Source: Burkholderiales bacterium (GTDB lineage Bacteria > Pseudomonadota > Gammaproteobacteria > Burkholderiales > Gallionellaceae). From it: a stretch of DNA of 64,000 nt. How positions within the stretch are numbered: the stretch's first letter is position 1; each line of letters opens with the position of its first letter. Positions 10,287 through 19,686 of the stretch are shown piece by piece. Location of the stretch: assembly GCA_038206935.1 (NCBI GenBank), contig JBBRAJ010000014.1:23170-87169 (forward strand), written 5' to 3'. The notes below the pieces were generated by a model. The model was given only the letters and a program-made list of their open reading frames with translations, did not search any database and was not told the origin of the DNA. A program made the translations under genes and the position numbers.

Positions 10287-10667
10287 TTAAATCGGGTCGC
10301 CGTTTTCGTCGAGGTAGAACTCGTTCAGTGCGCGTTCGACTTCGGCCATGTGGGTGAGTACCGGGCCGCCGCCCATCATGATGCCGATGGAACAGACATC
10401 CATGATTTCTTCCAGAGTGACACCGGCGTGTTTACAGGCGCGGACATGCAGCGCGATGCAATAGTGGCATTGCTGGGTCAGCGCCATGCCGAGCGAGATC
10501 AGTTCCTTTTGTTTTTTGTCGAGCACACCCGGACGCATGGCTTCGCTCATGAAGGCTTGCACCTTGCCCATCAGCATAGGGCGGTATTCCGACATCAGTT
10601 GCAGGCCGCGATGGGCGTGTTCCAGAATTTTGCGTTCGCTGTCCGAACCTTTGGTTTTATTAGGCAT
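10287..10667 (-). CDS. carboxymuconolactone decarboxylase (AhpD-like) family protein
   Basis: 126 aa with a CxxC-type motif (QQCHYCIALH) in the usual AhpD/CMD helical context. Confidence 0.65.
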   Translation of the reverse strand: MPNKTKGSDSERKILEHAHRGLQLMSEYRPMLMGKVQAFMSEAMRPGVLDKKQKELISLGMALTQQCHYCIALHVRACKHAGVTLEEIMDVCSIGIMMGGGPVLTHMAEVERALNEFYLDENGDPI

Positions 10668-10699
10668 TTTGATTCCTTTTTAATTAAATTAGTGAATGA

Positions 10700-11719
10700 T
10701 TAACGTATGTTGCGAATGGCGGCGGCGCTTTCGGCAATCAGTTCGGGGCCGCGATAGATCAGGCCGCTGTAGATTTGCACCAGTGAGGCACCGGCTTCAA
10801 TTTTCTCGGCGGCGTGTTTGCCTTCAAGTATGCCGCCTACGCCGATGATGGGCAGTGCGCCTTTTAATTCATCGGATAGTTTGCGGATGACGAGGGTGGA
10901 TTTATCGCGTACCGGTGCGCCGGACAGGCCGCCGGTTTCATCGCCGTGCGGCAGGTGGGCAACACCGTCGCGTGACAAAGTGGTGTTGGTGGCGATGACG
11001 GCATCGATCTGGTGTTGCATCAGTAGTCCGGCAATTTGTTCGATCTGTTCGCTTTCCATGTCCGGTGCGATTTTCAGTGCGATGGGGACGTATTTTCCAT
11101 GCTGATCGGCGAGGTTTTGCTGCTCGGCCTTGAGTAGTGAGAGCAGGTCGTTCAATGCGGCTTCGTCCTGCAACTGGCGCAGGTTTTTGGTGTTGGGCGA
11201 GGAAATGTTGACGGTCACGTAGCTGGCGTGTTTATACACCTTGCGCAGGCAGGTCAGGTAGTCGTCGGCGGCTTTCTCGATTGGGGTCACGGCATTCTTG
11301 CCGATGTTGATGCCGAGTATGCCCTTGAAGTTGGCACGTTCAACATTGTTAATCAGTACATCCACACCATCGTTGTTGAAGCCCATACGGTTGATGATCG
11401 CGTTGGCTTCGGGCAGGCGGAACAGGCGTGGCCGGGGATTGCCAGATTGAGGCAGTGGGGTGATGGTGCCGATTTCGATGAAACCAAAACCGAGAGCAGC
11501 AAGGCCGTTAATGCAGTCGCCGTTCTTGTCCAGTCCGGCGGCGAGGCCGACCGGGTTGGGGAAGTCGATGCCCATCACCTTGCGTGGATCGTTCGGAATG
11601 GTTGGCGCAATCAGGCCGCTCAGGCCCAATGCGGCGGCGGAATTCAGGCTCGACAGGGTGAGGTGATGGGCCGTTTCCGGGTCAAAGCGGAATAGGGCAC
11701 TGCGTAAAAGAGAGTACAT
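10700..11719 (-). CDS. pyrD: dihydroorotate dehydrogenase (quinone), class 2
   Basis: [21 protein letters not shown] parallels the E. coli PyrD N-terminus. [10 protein letters not shown] and IGVGGI motifs are present. The track start at 11725 is a TTG, and I chose the ATG at 11719. Confidence 0.9.
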   Translation of the reverse strand: MYSLLRSALFRFDPETAHHLTLSSLNSAAALGLSGLIAPTIPNDPRKVMGIDFPNPVGLAAGLDKNGDCINGLAALGFGFIEIGTITPLPQSGNPRPRLFRLPEANAIINRMGFNNDGVDVLINNVERANFKGILGINIGKNAVTPIEKAADDYLTCLRKVYKHASYVTVNISSPNTKNLRQLQDEAALNDLLSLLKAEQQNLADQHGKYVPIALKIAPDMESEQIEQIAGLLMQHQIDAVIATNTTLSRDGVAHLPHGDETGGLSGAPVRDKSTLVIRKLSDELKGALPIIGVGGILEGKHAAEKIEAGASLVQIYSGLIYRGPELIAESAAAIRNIR

Positions 11720-11781
11720 GGTCAAACTTTCATTTCGGGTGATATTTATTTCGGGTGATTAGGCAAATCTGGCCTTGCAGA

Positions 11782-12675
11782 CTATTTTTTAACCACGACA
11801 ACAGGGATCGGGAATTTCTTTTTGCTCGGCGGATTGGCTGCTTTTTTTCCGTGCCAGTTTTCGGCGATAACATCACCCAGTTGTAAACACAGCAGGCCAA
11901 ACAGCATGAAGCCGAATTGAGGCAGTAGCGTATTGGGCAGGTTGATTTGCAGGTTGGTATTAGCCTCGTAGCTGAAAACGGCGAGGTTGCCTACCAGCAG
12001 GCCGGACAGCGCGGTGCAAACCAGACGTGCCCAATCGCCGGATTTCAGCGTAGAGAAAATGGTGGCTTGGTTCCAAAGTAGTTGCAGTGTTACCAGCAGT
12101 AAGAGTGGAGCGAGCCAGAACAGCCAGAATAGTTGCGTCGGCCAGGCGGCTCCGCCCAGCAGCGCGAACAGTACGATCGGAACCAGAAACAATAAGCGGG
12201 TATCCGCATGCAGCTCTGGCAGTGCGAGGCGTGAAGAAAAGAACTTTAGCAGTCCCGGCATGCTTGCAAACAGGGAGCGGGTAACCAGTACCGCAGGAGC
12301 GAGCAGCGCAAATAACGGGGTGTAGAGCAGGAGCTGTACGATCAATGAAGTTTCCTGCTGAATTGTCCAGCTTGCGACATAAATATTCAGGTAGCTAAGC
12401 AGCCAGCAAAGCATCGCTCCAATAATGCTCATGCTCAGGAAATAGTCGCGTTGCGCTCCCAGCAGACCTTTGCCAGTCATGCGCTTGACGGTGTGGTTAA
12501 CCAGAAGAACATAGAACAACATCATCAGCGTAGTGCGCAAGGTCGCCTCGATAGTTGTTTTGTCAGTTGCTTCAGGAGCGCTCACGAGGTCGTTCCATCC
12601 TGTGCCGCTTAGCCAGAGTCCTGTCAGCGGTAACAGCAGCAGGACGAATGTAAAAATTGCCAATCTTGTTTTCAT
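11782..12675 (-). CDS. hypothetical polytopic membrane protein
   Basis: Signal-like N-terminus, at least 7 hydrophobic segments, Lys-rich C-tail (PPSKKKFPIPVVVVKK). I recognise no family. Confidence 0.5.
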   Translation of the reverse strand: MKTRLAIFTFVLLLLPLTGLWLSGTGWNDLVSAPEATDKTTIEATLRTTLMMLFYVLLVNHTVKRMTGKGLLGAQRDYFLSMSIIGAMLCWLLSYLNIYVASWTIQQETSLIVQLLLYTPLFALLAPAVLVTRSLFASMPGLLKFFSSRLALPELHADTRLLFLVPIVLFALLGGAAWPTQLFWLFWLAPLLLLVTLQLLWNQATIFSTLKSGDWARLVCTALSGLLVGNLAVFSYEANTNLQINLPNTLLPQFGFMLFGLLCLQLGDVIAENWHGKKAANPPSKKKFPIPVVVVKK

Positions 12676-12747
12676 GAGATGTTTTAGCTTGGTGTTGTTG
12701 CGGTGGGTTTATTTTAACTGAATATTTCAGTTGGTTATTGCGCTTGT

Positions 12748-13497
12748 TTATTTCAGCTCGGCATCACTAGCATCTTTGCTCAGTGTTTGCCACTGACCAT
12801 CAATTAATCCCTGCGCGGGTTGGTATCCGGTTTTGTAGGACATCTTGCGGCTATTCTTGATCCAGTAACCCAGATAAACATAATCCAGATTGAGTTTGCG
12901 GCTCAGTTCGATTTGCCAGAGCACGTTGTATACGCCGTAGCGTGTACGGGGTAAATCCGGTTCGTAAAAGGTGTATACCGAAGATAGTCCGTCGCTTAAC
13001 AGGTCAATCACACTGACCATGCGTAATACACCCTGTTCGCGAAATTCTACCAGCAGCGTATCAACCTGACTGTGAAATAAAAAAGTCTGATAGGAATCGC
13101 GATCGTCGTTATCCATGCCGCCATCGGGGTGGCGCGCCTTCTGATAGCGCTGATACAGACTGTAATATTCAGGTTTGTCATGTAAGGGATGCAGCGTGGC
13201 ATCGAGTTTCGCATGCTGCTTCCAGGCGCGTTGTTGAGAGCGGTTAGGGGTAAATTGGTTTACCGGAACGCGTAGTTGTACACAGGCATTGCACTGATCG
13301 CAACGGGGACGGTAAATATAGCTTCCACTACGCCGGAAACCGTATTGCACCAGCTTGGAATAGAGCGGGGCATTAATCAGAAAGGCGGGTGTGGCGACCT
13401 GTGAGCGTGCCAGCAGGTCCGGCAAATAGCTGCAAGGGTAGGGCGCGGTCAGGTAAAAATGTAGCGCAGAGATTGGAATGTCGTTGAGTGAACTCAT
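12748..13497 (-). CDS. bpt: arginyl-tRNA--protein transferase-like (aspartate/glutamate leucyltransferase Bpt type)
   Basis: ATE_N Cys motif (CSYLP ... RPRCDQCNACVQLR) and the ATE_C region. Confidence 0.85.
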   Translation of the reverse strand: MSSLNDIPISALHFYLTAPYPCSYLPDLLARSQVATPAFLINAPLYSKLVQYGFRRSGSYIYRPRCDQCNACVQLRVPVNQFTPNRSQQRAWKQHAKLDATLHPLHDKPEYYSLYQRYQKARHPDGGMDNDDRDSYQTFLFHSQVDTLLVEFREQGVLRMVSVIDLLSDGLSSVYTFYEPDLPRTRYGVYNVLWQIELSRKLNLDYVYLGYWIKNSRKMSYKTGYQPAQGLIDGQWQTLSKDASDAELK

Positions 13498-13551
13498 GGT
13501 TTAACAGTTTGTTTTCTTCAGTTTCACGTGAGTTATTGAAGTTCGGCATGG

Positions 13552-14298
13552 TTATTTGTTATTACTCTGTTTCATGTTACGTGAAAACAGATCGGGATCA
13601 AACTTCCATACTGCGACCGGGGTGCAGTTTACCAACTCTTTAAGTCTGGCTACGAATTCATTGCGAGGAATTTCTTTGCCGCCGAGTGAGGCAAGATGCG
13701 GGGTGGACATCTGACAGTCAATCATGCCGCCCCTTGTTGGCATAGGTAATTCGGATTGCCAGCGTGCCAGTTGACGGGCTAAATGTGCCAGTGCAATCTT
13801 TGAGGCATTGCTTCTATGACTGAACATCGATTCGCCATAGAACATCTGGCCGATGGCAATGCCGTATAGACCGCCGACCAGCTTGCCGTCTATCCAGGTT
13901 TCGACGGAATGGGCGTAGCCTTGATGGTGTAATGCACAATAGGCGGAAATGATCCGTTCGTCGATCCAGGTGCCTTGTTGTCCGGCGTGTGGCTGGGAGC
14001 AGGCGCGCATGACCTGTTCAAAGGCGGTGTCGGTACGTAGCTGATAGTCGCTGTTGCGTATTACTTTGGCGAGCGAGGCTGATACCTTGAATTCCTGCGG
14101 AACCAATATCATGCGCGGGTCAGGGCTCCACCACAGTACCGGGTCACCGGGACTGAACCAGGGGAATATCCCGTTATGATAGGCCGCAAGCAATCGTTCA
14201 GGGCTTAGTTCGCTACTTGCTGCCAACAATCCGTTAGGGGTGTGTAAAGCCTGAGTTACTGGTGGGAAAGGTGTATTTTCAGTTAGCCAGGGAATCAT
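13552..14298 (-). CDS. aat: leucyl/phenylalanyl-tRNA--protein transferase
   Basis: GIFPWF ... PVLWWSPDPR ... GESMF motifs characteristic of Aat. Confidence 0.9.
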   Translation of the reverse strand: MIPWLTENTPFPPVTQALHTPNGLLAASSELSPERLLAAYHNGIFPWFSPGDPVLWWSPDPRMILVPQEFKVSASLAKVIRNSDYQLRTDTAFEQVMRACSQPHAGQQGTWIDERIISAYCALHHQGYAHSVETWIDGKLVGGLYGIAIGQMFYGESMFSHRSNASKIALAHLARQLARWQSELPMPTRGGMIDCQMSTPHLASLGGKEIPRNEFVARLKELVNCTPVAVWKFDPDLFSRNMKQSNNK

Positions 14299-14404
14299 AA
14301 ATCGCGGTCAGAGGTATGCAAAGCAGGGGTGTTTGTGGTTATATTGGCATAAATTGAGGGTTGTTGACCAGATGGAAACAGATTGATCAATTAAAGGTTC
14401 TGTA

Positions 14405-15919
14405 ATGCTGGCAAGATTGTTTGGCAAAAAATGTGATCATCCCATGGCGGATATGAAGTCGGCGCAGGCGTTGCTGAGCGATTTATCACGCACGGATACT
14501 CTCAAATGTGCGTTGGAGTTGACCGAATGGATAGAGTCGGTTTCGCGGCATGAGGACTTTAGAATCGCGGATAAATTTGCGATTCTGAGTCTGCTTGATG
14601 AGACGGCGCAGCCCTATTCGCGAAAATTGGCATACGAATATTTCACGATGCAGGATTTGAATACCTTTCAGGGGAATCGCCTTTGTCAGGTGTTGGGAAA
14701 TTTGTCGCGCCATACCGCCCATGCTTATTTTGTAGTATTCAATTGTTATTGCGACGGTGACAAGGGCGGTAATGCTATCCAGTCTGATTTGCCGTTGCTG
14801 GTGGCGCGTACGGTACGCGCGATGCGCGAACAATTGAAATATGATTCGGTTCACTACAAACCTCATGATAACGACGTGTGGCGCAAGCTGGCCCAGATGT
14901 ATCGTAGTGCCGAACAACTGAAGTTTCACGATTTGTCGCAAAGCTTATATTCGGATTCGGTTGAGGCGTCATCGGTCAGGAGTGAAATGGGGAAGTTGAT
15001 GGCATGGTATGCCTGCGGAATAAGTTCGATGAATCCCCAGAGCATGCATTTGGCCGAACGTCTCATCTCCCAGTATGGGAATACGGTGGAAATAACTTCT
15101 AGTTTAGCCAGACATGCTTTGTTCAGTTTTGATCTGGCTCACCCGCTTGACCCGGTACGGGTTAATCTCGAAGCAACCGTGCATCCGTTGATGCGTTATA
15201 TCAGTATGGTGGAAATGCAGGCCAAGCTGGAGGCATTGATAGACTTGCTTGAGAAAAAGACATTGCCGCCGGAACTCAATCTGGGTGGTGTGTTCCCGGT
15301 AGAACGGGTGCTGGAGTCGGCAAGGCATGTGCTTACCTATCTGGTGACTCCGCCGTTACGCTTGAGTAAGCGGCGTGAAGTCAAGGCCGTGTTGAACGTA
15401 GTGACGGGTTACGAAAATGTAGTGTCATGTTACAAGTGGGTAGTTCAGGGCGGTGATGAACATCCAAGTGTGCCGTGGAATATCGAAGATGTAAGTGCAA
15501 CGGGTTTTGGTGCGATTCTATCCGGCCGTGGCAAGGATAAGGTAAGTATAGACGAATTGTTGGGAGTGTATACGCCTGGGGCATCGCGTATGGGCGTGGC
15601 GATCGTACGACGTTTAAAGCGTGATGAGTCAGGCAATTTGCGGGTAGGTTCTGAAATGCTGTCCGGGCAGATTGCCGAGGTGGAACTCTTTCAAGGCTCA
15701 TCATCGGGAAACGTTCAAGTTGCATTGTGGTTACATGAAAAGGCCGGTGTCACAAGCGGCATGGCAAAGCTGCTGATGCGTGCCGGTACTTTTTCGATGG
15801 AACGAAGTCTGAAAACCTGTTTTGAGGACGTCAACTATCTGTTGATTCCCAGCAAATTAACAATCAAAGGCCGCGATTTTGACATGGCCAGCTTTCGTTT
15901 AATCCGTCAGGAAGAATAA
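14405..15919 (+). CDS. hypothetical protein with putative C-terminal PilZ (c-di-GMP-binding) domain
   Basis: I do not recognise the N-terminal ~310 aa. RLSKRR (aa 319-324) and DVSATGFGAIL (aa 362-372) resemble the PilZ RxxxR / D-x-S-x-x-G pair. Confidence 0.5.
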   Translation: MLARLFGKKCDHPMADMKSAQALLSDLSRTDTLKCALELTEWIESVSRHEDFRIADKFAILSLLDETAQPYSRKLAYEYFTMQDLNTFQGNRLCQVLGNLSRHTAHAYFVVFNCYCDGDKGGNAIQSDLPLLVARTVRAMREQLKYDSVHYKPHDNDVWRKLAQMYRSAEQLKFHDLSQSLYSDSVEASSVRSEMGKLMAWYACGISSMNPQSMHLAERLISQYGNTVEITSSLARHALFSFDLAHPLDPVRVNLEATVHPLMRYISMVEMQAKLEALIDLLEKKTLPPELNLGGVFPVERVLESARHVLTYLVTPPLRLSKRREVKAVLNVVTGYENVVSCYKWVVQGGDEHPSVPWNIEDVSATGFGAILSGRGKDKVSIDELLGVYTPGASRMGVAIVRRLKRDESGNLRVGSEMLSGQIAEVELFQGSSSGNVQVALWLHEKAGVTSGMAKLLMRAGTFSMERSLKTCFEDVNYLLIPSKLTIKGRDFDMASFRLIRQEE

Positions 15920-15937
15920 TTCCCCAAACCGGAAACC

Positions 15938-16642
15938 TTAAACCCCAATCTGTTTCGTCAGCCAGTTTTCAATGTCGCGCAGTTCCTTTTCGTTTACCGT
16001 ATGTTGCATGGCGTATTCGTGCCATTCGATGCGGTAACCTTGTGACAGCAGGGTTTCTCTGGAGGCGATACCCATGCTGCAGGGGACAATGGGGTCGTTA
16101 AGTCCGTGTGCCATGAAGATCGGAGTATGTTTTGATTGGGCGGTTGCTTCCGAATGTATCGTTTCGGTCAGGGGAAGATAAGTCGAAAGTGCCAGCACCC
16201 CGGCAAGAGGGACGCTCTGGCGTAATGCTGTCTGCAACGCGATTGCGCCGCCCTGCGAGAATCCGGCCAGAAAAATATGATCAGGATTGATGCCTCGTGC
16301 GACTTCCTGAGCGATGAGTGCTTCGATGGCTTGCTGCGAGGCGCGTATACCCGCTTCGTCCTGCGGAGTGACGGGTTGTCGCTTCGTTAATGCGTTATCG
16401 AGAGAACTGGCAAGTTCATCTTCGGTAATGTCATACCAGGCGCGCATTATCAGTCCGCTATTGATGGTTACGGGACGCTTGGGTGCGTGAGGGAAGATGT
16501 AGCGCACCGGACAGGGTAGTTGCAATTCATCAACGATGGGTACGAAATCCTGACCGTCAGCGCCCAGACCGTGTAGCCAGATGATGCTGTACTGGGGGTG
16601 ATTGCCTGATTCGATGGCAATGTGTGAAAGAATTGCGGTCAT
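15938..16642 (-). CDS. phospholipase/carboxylesterase family alpha/beta hydrolase
   Basis: IWLHGLGADG N-terminal motif, GFSQGG nucleophile elbow, C-terminal HG.D/H triad context. Confidence 0.8.
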   Translation of the reverse strand: MTAILSHIAIESGNHPQYSIIWLHGLGADGQDFVPIVDELQLPCPVRYIFPHAPKRPVTINSGLIMRAWYDITEDELASSLDNALTKRQPVTPQDEAGIRASQQAIEALIAQEVARGINPDHIFLAGFSQGGAIALQTALRQSVPLAGVLALSTYLPLTETIHSEATAQSKHTPIFMAHGLNDPIVPCSMGIASRETLLSQGYRIEWHEYAMQHTVNEKELRDIENWLTKQIGV

Positions 16643-16808
16643 GTATTGCTCCTGTTTGTGGCATTGTTCCGGTGAGAGATTGGGTATAGTTGCGTAATCG
16701 TTTTGGGCATAGCATTAATTTTTTAGTGTTGCAGACTTGTATGCTCGGTTAGAATAACAAAAAATCAAGAATAAATATCAGCTAGTGCAAAACACGGGGC
16801 AGGGGAAA

Positions 16809-17327
16809 ATGAAAAGGCAAATCACACCAACCGCGACCGAAAGAATTATGCGTGAAAACGATTTCATCGTTTCCATGACGGATATGAAAGGTCGTATCAC
16901 ATACGGAAACCGGATATTTATCGAGTTTTCCGGTTACACCGAAGCAGAGTTAATCGGAACCCAGCATAACATCATCCGGCATCCCGATATGCCACGTGCC
17001 GTGTTCAAGTTGCTGTGGGACAAGATTCAGGGTGGAAATGAGTGTTTCGCCTATGTTAAAAACATGTCAAAAGATGGCGGCTTTTATTGGGTTTTTACCA
17101 ATGTGACACCGACTTTCGATTCGAACGGCAACATTACGGGTTATTTGTCAGTTCGTCGTAAACCGAAGATAAGCGGGATTCAGGTTGTAACCGGCTTGTA
17201 TGCAGCAATGCTTGAAGAGGAGAAAAAAGCAGGACCGGCTAATGCCATTGCGGCCTCCACTAAAATTTTGCTTGATGTGTTGAACGAAAAGGGGCTCAGC
17301 TATGATGAACTTGTCCTTGCAATCTAG
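16809..17327 (+). CDS. stand-alone Aer-type PAS (FAD-binding) domain protein
   Basis: The stretch [43 protein letters not shown] closely parallels the E. coli Aer PAS domain (HNMVRHPDMP). Start taken at the ATG preceded by GGGGA. The protein ends where Aer's F1 linker would meet the TM hairpin. Confidence 0.8.
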   Translation: MKRQITPTATERIMRENDFIVSMTDMKGRITYGNRIFIEFSGYTEAELIGTQHNIIRHPDMPRAVFKLLWDKIQGGNECFAYVKNMSKDGGFYWVFTNVTPTFDSNGNITGYLSVRRKPKISGIQVVTGLYAAMLEEEKKAGPANAIAASTKILLDVLNEKGLSYDELVLAI

Positions 17328-18765
17328 ATTTTCTGTTTTGTTGTGGTTGTTTTCCTTTGGCATTCTGGCGGTAATTCTGACCAGTTTTGCTCTTCATGGT
17401 GTTGATCCCTTTATGCTGATATTCCTGTTGGGCGGGGTTATGCTCTCGGCGTATGGGCAATTTCTGGTCAGGCGTTGGTTAGCCCCCTTACATTCTTTGA
17501 ATCGCGTCGTTAGGGAAGTTTCGCAGGGCAGCTTTAACAGCCGGATCGTCGATGTTAGCGACAAGGATGAAATCGGGATGTTGTGTTGGAATGTCAATGA
17601 CATGCTCGATCAGCTTGGCGCGTTTTTCAGGGAGCAGGAAACCAGTTTTCGCGCTAATCTGACGGGAAATTTTTATCGTGTCGCGATGAGCGGCGGGATG
17701 CATGGCGGCTTTAAAAAAGGGTTGGATAACCAGAATATTCTGCTCGATGGTATGGCGGAACAAAAGAAGAGTTCGATGCGGAATAACCTTTTGTCCAGAG
17801 CGCATTATTTGAATACGCAAAATCTGCTGGGCAATCTGGCCTCCAATCAGCAGGATCTTAAAATTATCACCGACAATATGGAAGCGCTCGCCAAGCTGGC
17901 TTCGCGCACCAGTCGCGATGCGGAAGCCAGCCAGACTTCGGTTCGGGATGTGGTCAAGAGTCTTTCAGGTATCACTGAACGTGTCAGAAATGCCAATACT
18001 GCGATTAATCAGTTGAATGCACGTAGTGCGGAAATCAACAAGGCGGTGGGTTTGATTACCTCAATTGCTGATCAGACCAATCTGCTGGCCTTGAATGCGG
18101 CGATTGAGGCAGCCCGAGCCGGTGAGGCGGGTCGTGGTTTCGCGGTGGTAGCTGACGAAGTGCGCAAACTGGCTGAGAACACCAAGAATGCATCCGAGTC
18201 CATTGGACGAGTGATGGATATGTTGCAGGGCGAGGCCGCCAGAATGTTGACGGATTCGGAGGAAATGCATGACATAGCCAATGCCTCGCAGAGCGAAATT
18301 ACCAGTCTGGAAGAGAAGTTCAGCAAATTCTATCAGTCTGCCAAAACGACGTTGAGCAGTGCGCATTATGCACAGGATTTGAGTTTTGCATCGCTGGTCA
18401 AGGTTGATCATGTGGTTTACAAGCAGCGTGCCTATGCACTGGTCAATGATCCCGAGGACAGAGAATTGCTCAATGCGGTGAATGTTGATCACTTCAGTTG
18501 TCGTCTGGGTAAATGGTATGAGAAAGAAGGCAAGGAAGTATTCGGACGTCTGCCATCGTACAATTCATTGCTTGAGCCGCATGCCAAGGTGCATAGTTGC
18601 GTACATGATGCCGTTGCCTTGCTCAGAAGTTCATGGTCATGTAGTGACGCAATACAGGATCAGATTATTGAGGCCATGGAATGTGCCGAAGCGGGAAGTG
18701 CTGATGTGATGGAAGTGTTGAACCGTATCGTTGCAGAAAAACATCCCGATATGACTAAGCGTTAG
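17302..18765 (+). CDS. methyl-accepting chemotaxis protein: TM hairpin, HAMP, MA domain and C-terminal CZB zinc-binding domain
   Basis: Two N-terminal TM segments, HAMP, canonical signalling hairpin ([31 protein letters not shown]), and the CZB motif set (HVVYK ... CRLGKW ... HAKVH). Overlaps the PAS ORF by 26 nt in the +1 frame. Confidence 0.85.
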   Translation: MMNLSLQSRFSVLLWLFSFGILAVILTSFALHGVDPFMLIFLLGGVMLSAYGQFLVRRWLAPLHSLNRVVREVSQGSFNSRIVDVSDKDEIGMLCWNVNDMLDQLGAFFREQETSFRANLTGNFYRVAMSGGMHGGFKKGLDNQNILLDGMAEQKKSSMRNNLLSRAHYLNTQNLLGNLASNQQDLKIITDNMEALAKLASRTSRDAEASQTSVRDVVKSLSGITERVRNANTAINQLNARSAEINKAVGLITSIADQTNLLALNAAIEAARAGEAGRGFAVVADEVRKLAENTKNASESIGRVMDMLQGEAARMLTDSEEMHDIANASQSEITSLEEKFSKFYQSAKTTLSSAHYAQDLSFASLVKVDHVVYKQRAYALVNDPEDRELLNAVNVDHFSCRLGKWYEKEGKEVFGRLPSYNSLLEPHAKVHSCVHDAVALLRSSWSCSDAIQDQIIEAMECAEAGSADVMEVLNRIVAEKHPDMTKR

Positions 18766-18793
18766 TTTGATTCAAGCAAGGCGGAAGTAAAAA

Positions 18794-18818
18794 GGGGGCG
18801 ATAGATCGCCCCTTTTTT
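18794..18818 (+). terminator. intrinsic terminator (potentially bidirectional)
   Basis: GGGGCGA-TAGA-TCGCCCC hairpin, flanked by AAAA upstream and TTTTTT downstream, 30 nt after the MCP stop. Confidence 0.8.
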
Positions 18819-18934
18819 ACGCCTGTCGATTATGAAAATAACGGCATGGGGTTGTAAGTGAATTTCCTTTAAGGAATTGTGGGGCTACGGCGCTACACGT
18901 TTTCCCCCAGATTATCCGTAACAAACGTCTGACC

Positions 18935-19630
18935 TTACTCCGGCACCGGGATTGTCTCTCTTAGCACCTGAAATATCTCGCGGAAATTCTTTGCCGGTTT
19001 GCCGGCTTCTCTTTCCTTTTGTGCATTGCGTATCAGTGTACGCAGGCGCTGTACGTCGGTATCGGGATAGGCTGATTTTAGTTCGGTCAGTGCGCCATCC
19101 GCTTCCAGCAGGCGATCACGCCAGCGTTCCAGATTGTGCATATAGCCGATATGCTGTTGCGATACGCCTTTCCAGATGTTCAGTTTGGCGATGATGGGGG
19201 CGGTTTCGACATCGCGCATCAGTTTGCCGATGTATTGCATCTGGCGGCGGCGTGCGCCGAATTTGTTGATGCGGTGCATCTCGCGCAAGGCGTCGCGCAA
19301 TGTCTCGGGGATGTCGAGCTGGGCGAGTTGGTCCTTGCCGAGTTCGGCCAGTTCGGCTCCCAGGTCTTGCAGTTCGTGCATCTGCTTCTTGATTTTTGTC
19401 TTGCTGGGCGGCAGTTCCTCTTCTTCGACGACGGGCAGGCTGCGTAAGCCACGACCTCGTGTGGATGATGACGGGGCGGCGCTATCGTCGCTATCGCTGT
19501 CGTCATCGTATTCATCCTCGTCGTCGAATGGTAAGTCGGACTCCATGGCAACGATTTCCTGATCGTCCTCGTATTCGTCCTCGTCCTGATGGGGGTGATT
19601 TTGCGGGTTAGCTTGGTTCATGGTATGCAA
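18935..19630 (-). CDS. yjgA: ribosome-associated protein YjgA (DUF615) with acidic N-terminal extension
   Basis: PSKTKIKKQMHELQDLG ... NKFGARRRQMQYIGKLMR matches the YjgA family. The N-terminal ~60 aa are very rich in Asp/Glu. Confidence 0.8.
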   Translation of the reverse strand: MHTMNQANPQNHPHQDEDEYEDDQEIVAMESDLPFDDEDEYDDDSDSDDSAAPSSSTRGRGLRSLPVVEEEELPPSKTKIKKQMHELQDLGAELAELGKDQLAQLDIPETLRDALREMHRINKFGARRRQMQYIGKLMRDVETAPIIAKLNIWKGVSQQHIGYMHNLERWRDRLLEADGALTELKSAYPDTDVQRLRTLIRNAQKEREAGKPAKNFREIFQVLRETIPVPE

Positions 19631-19686
19631 TATGGCTTGTTAGATGCTGCTATGATAGCGCCTTTCGTCATTTTCACGCTCACGTT

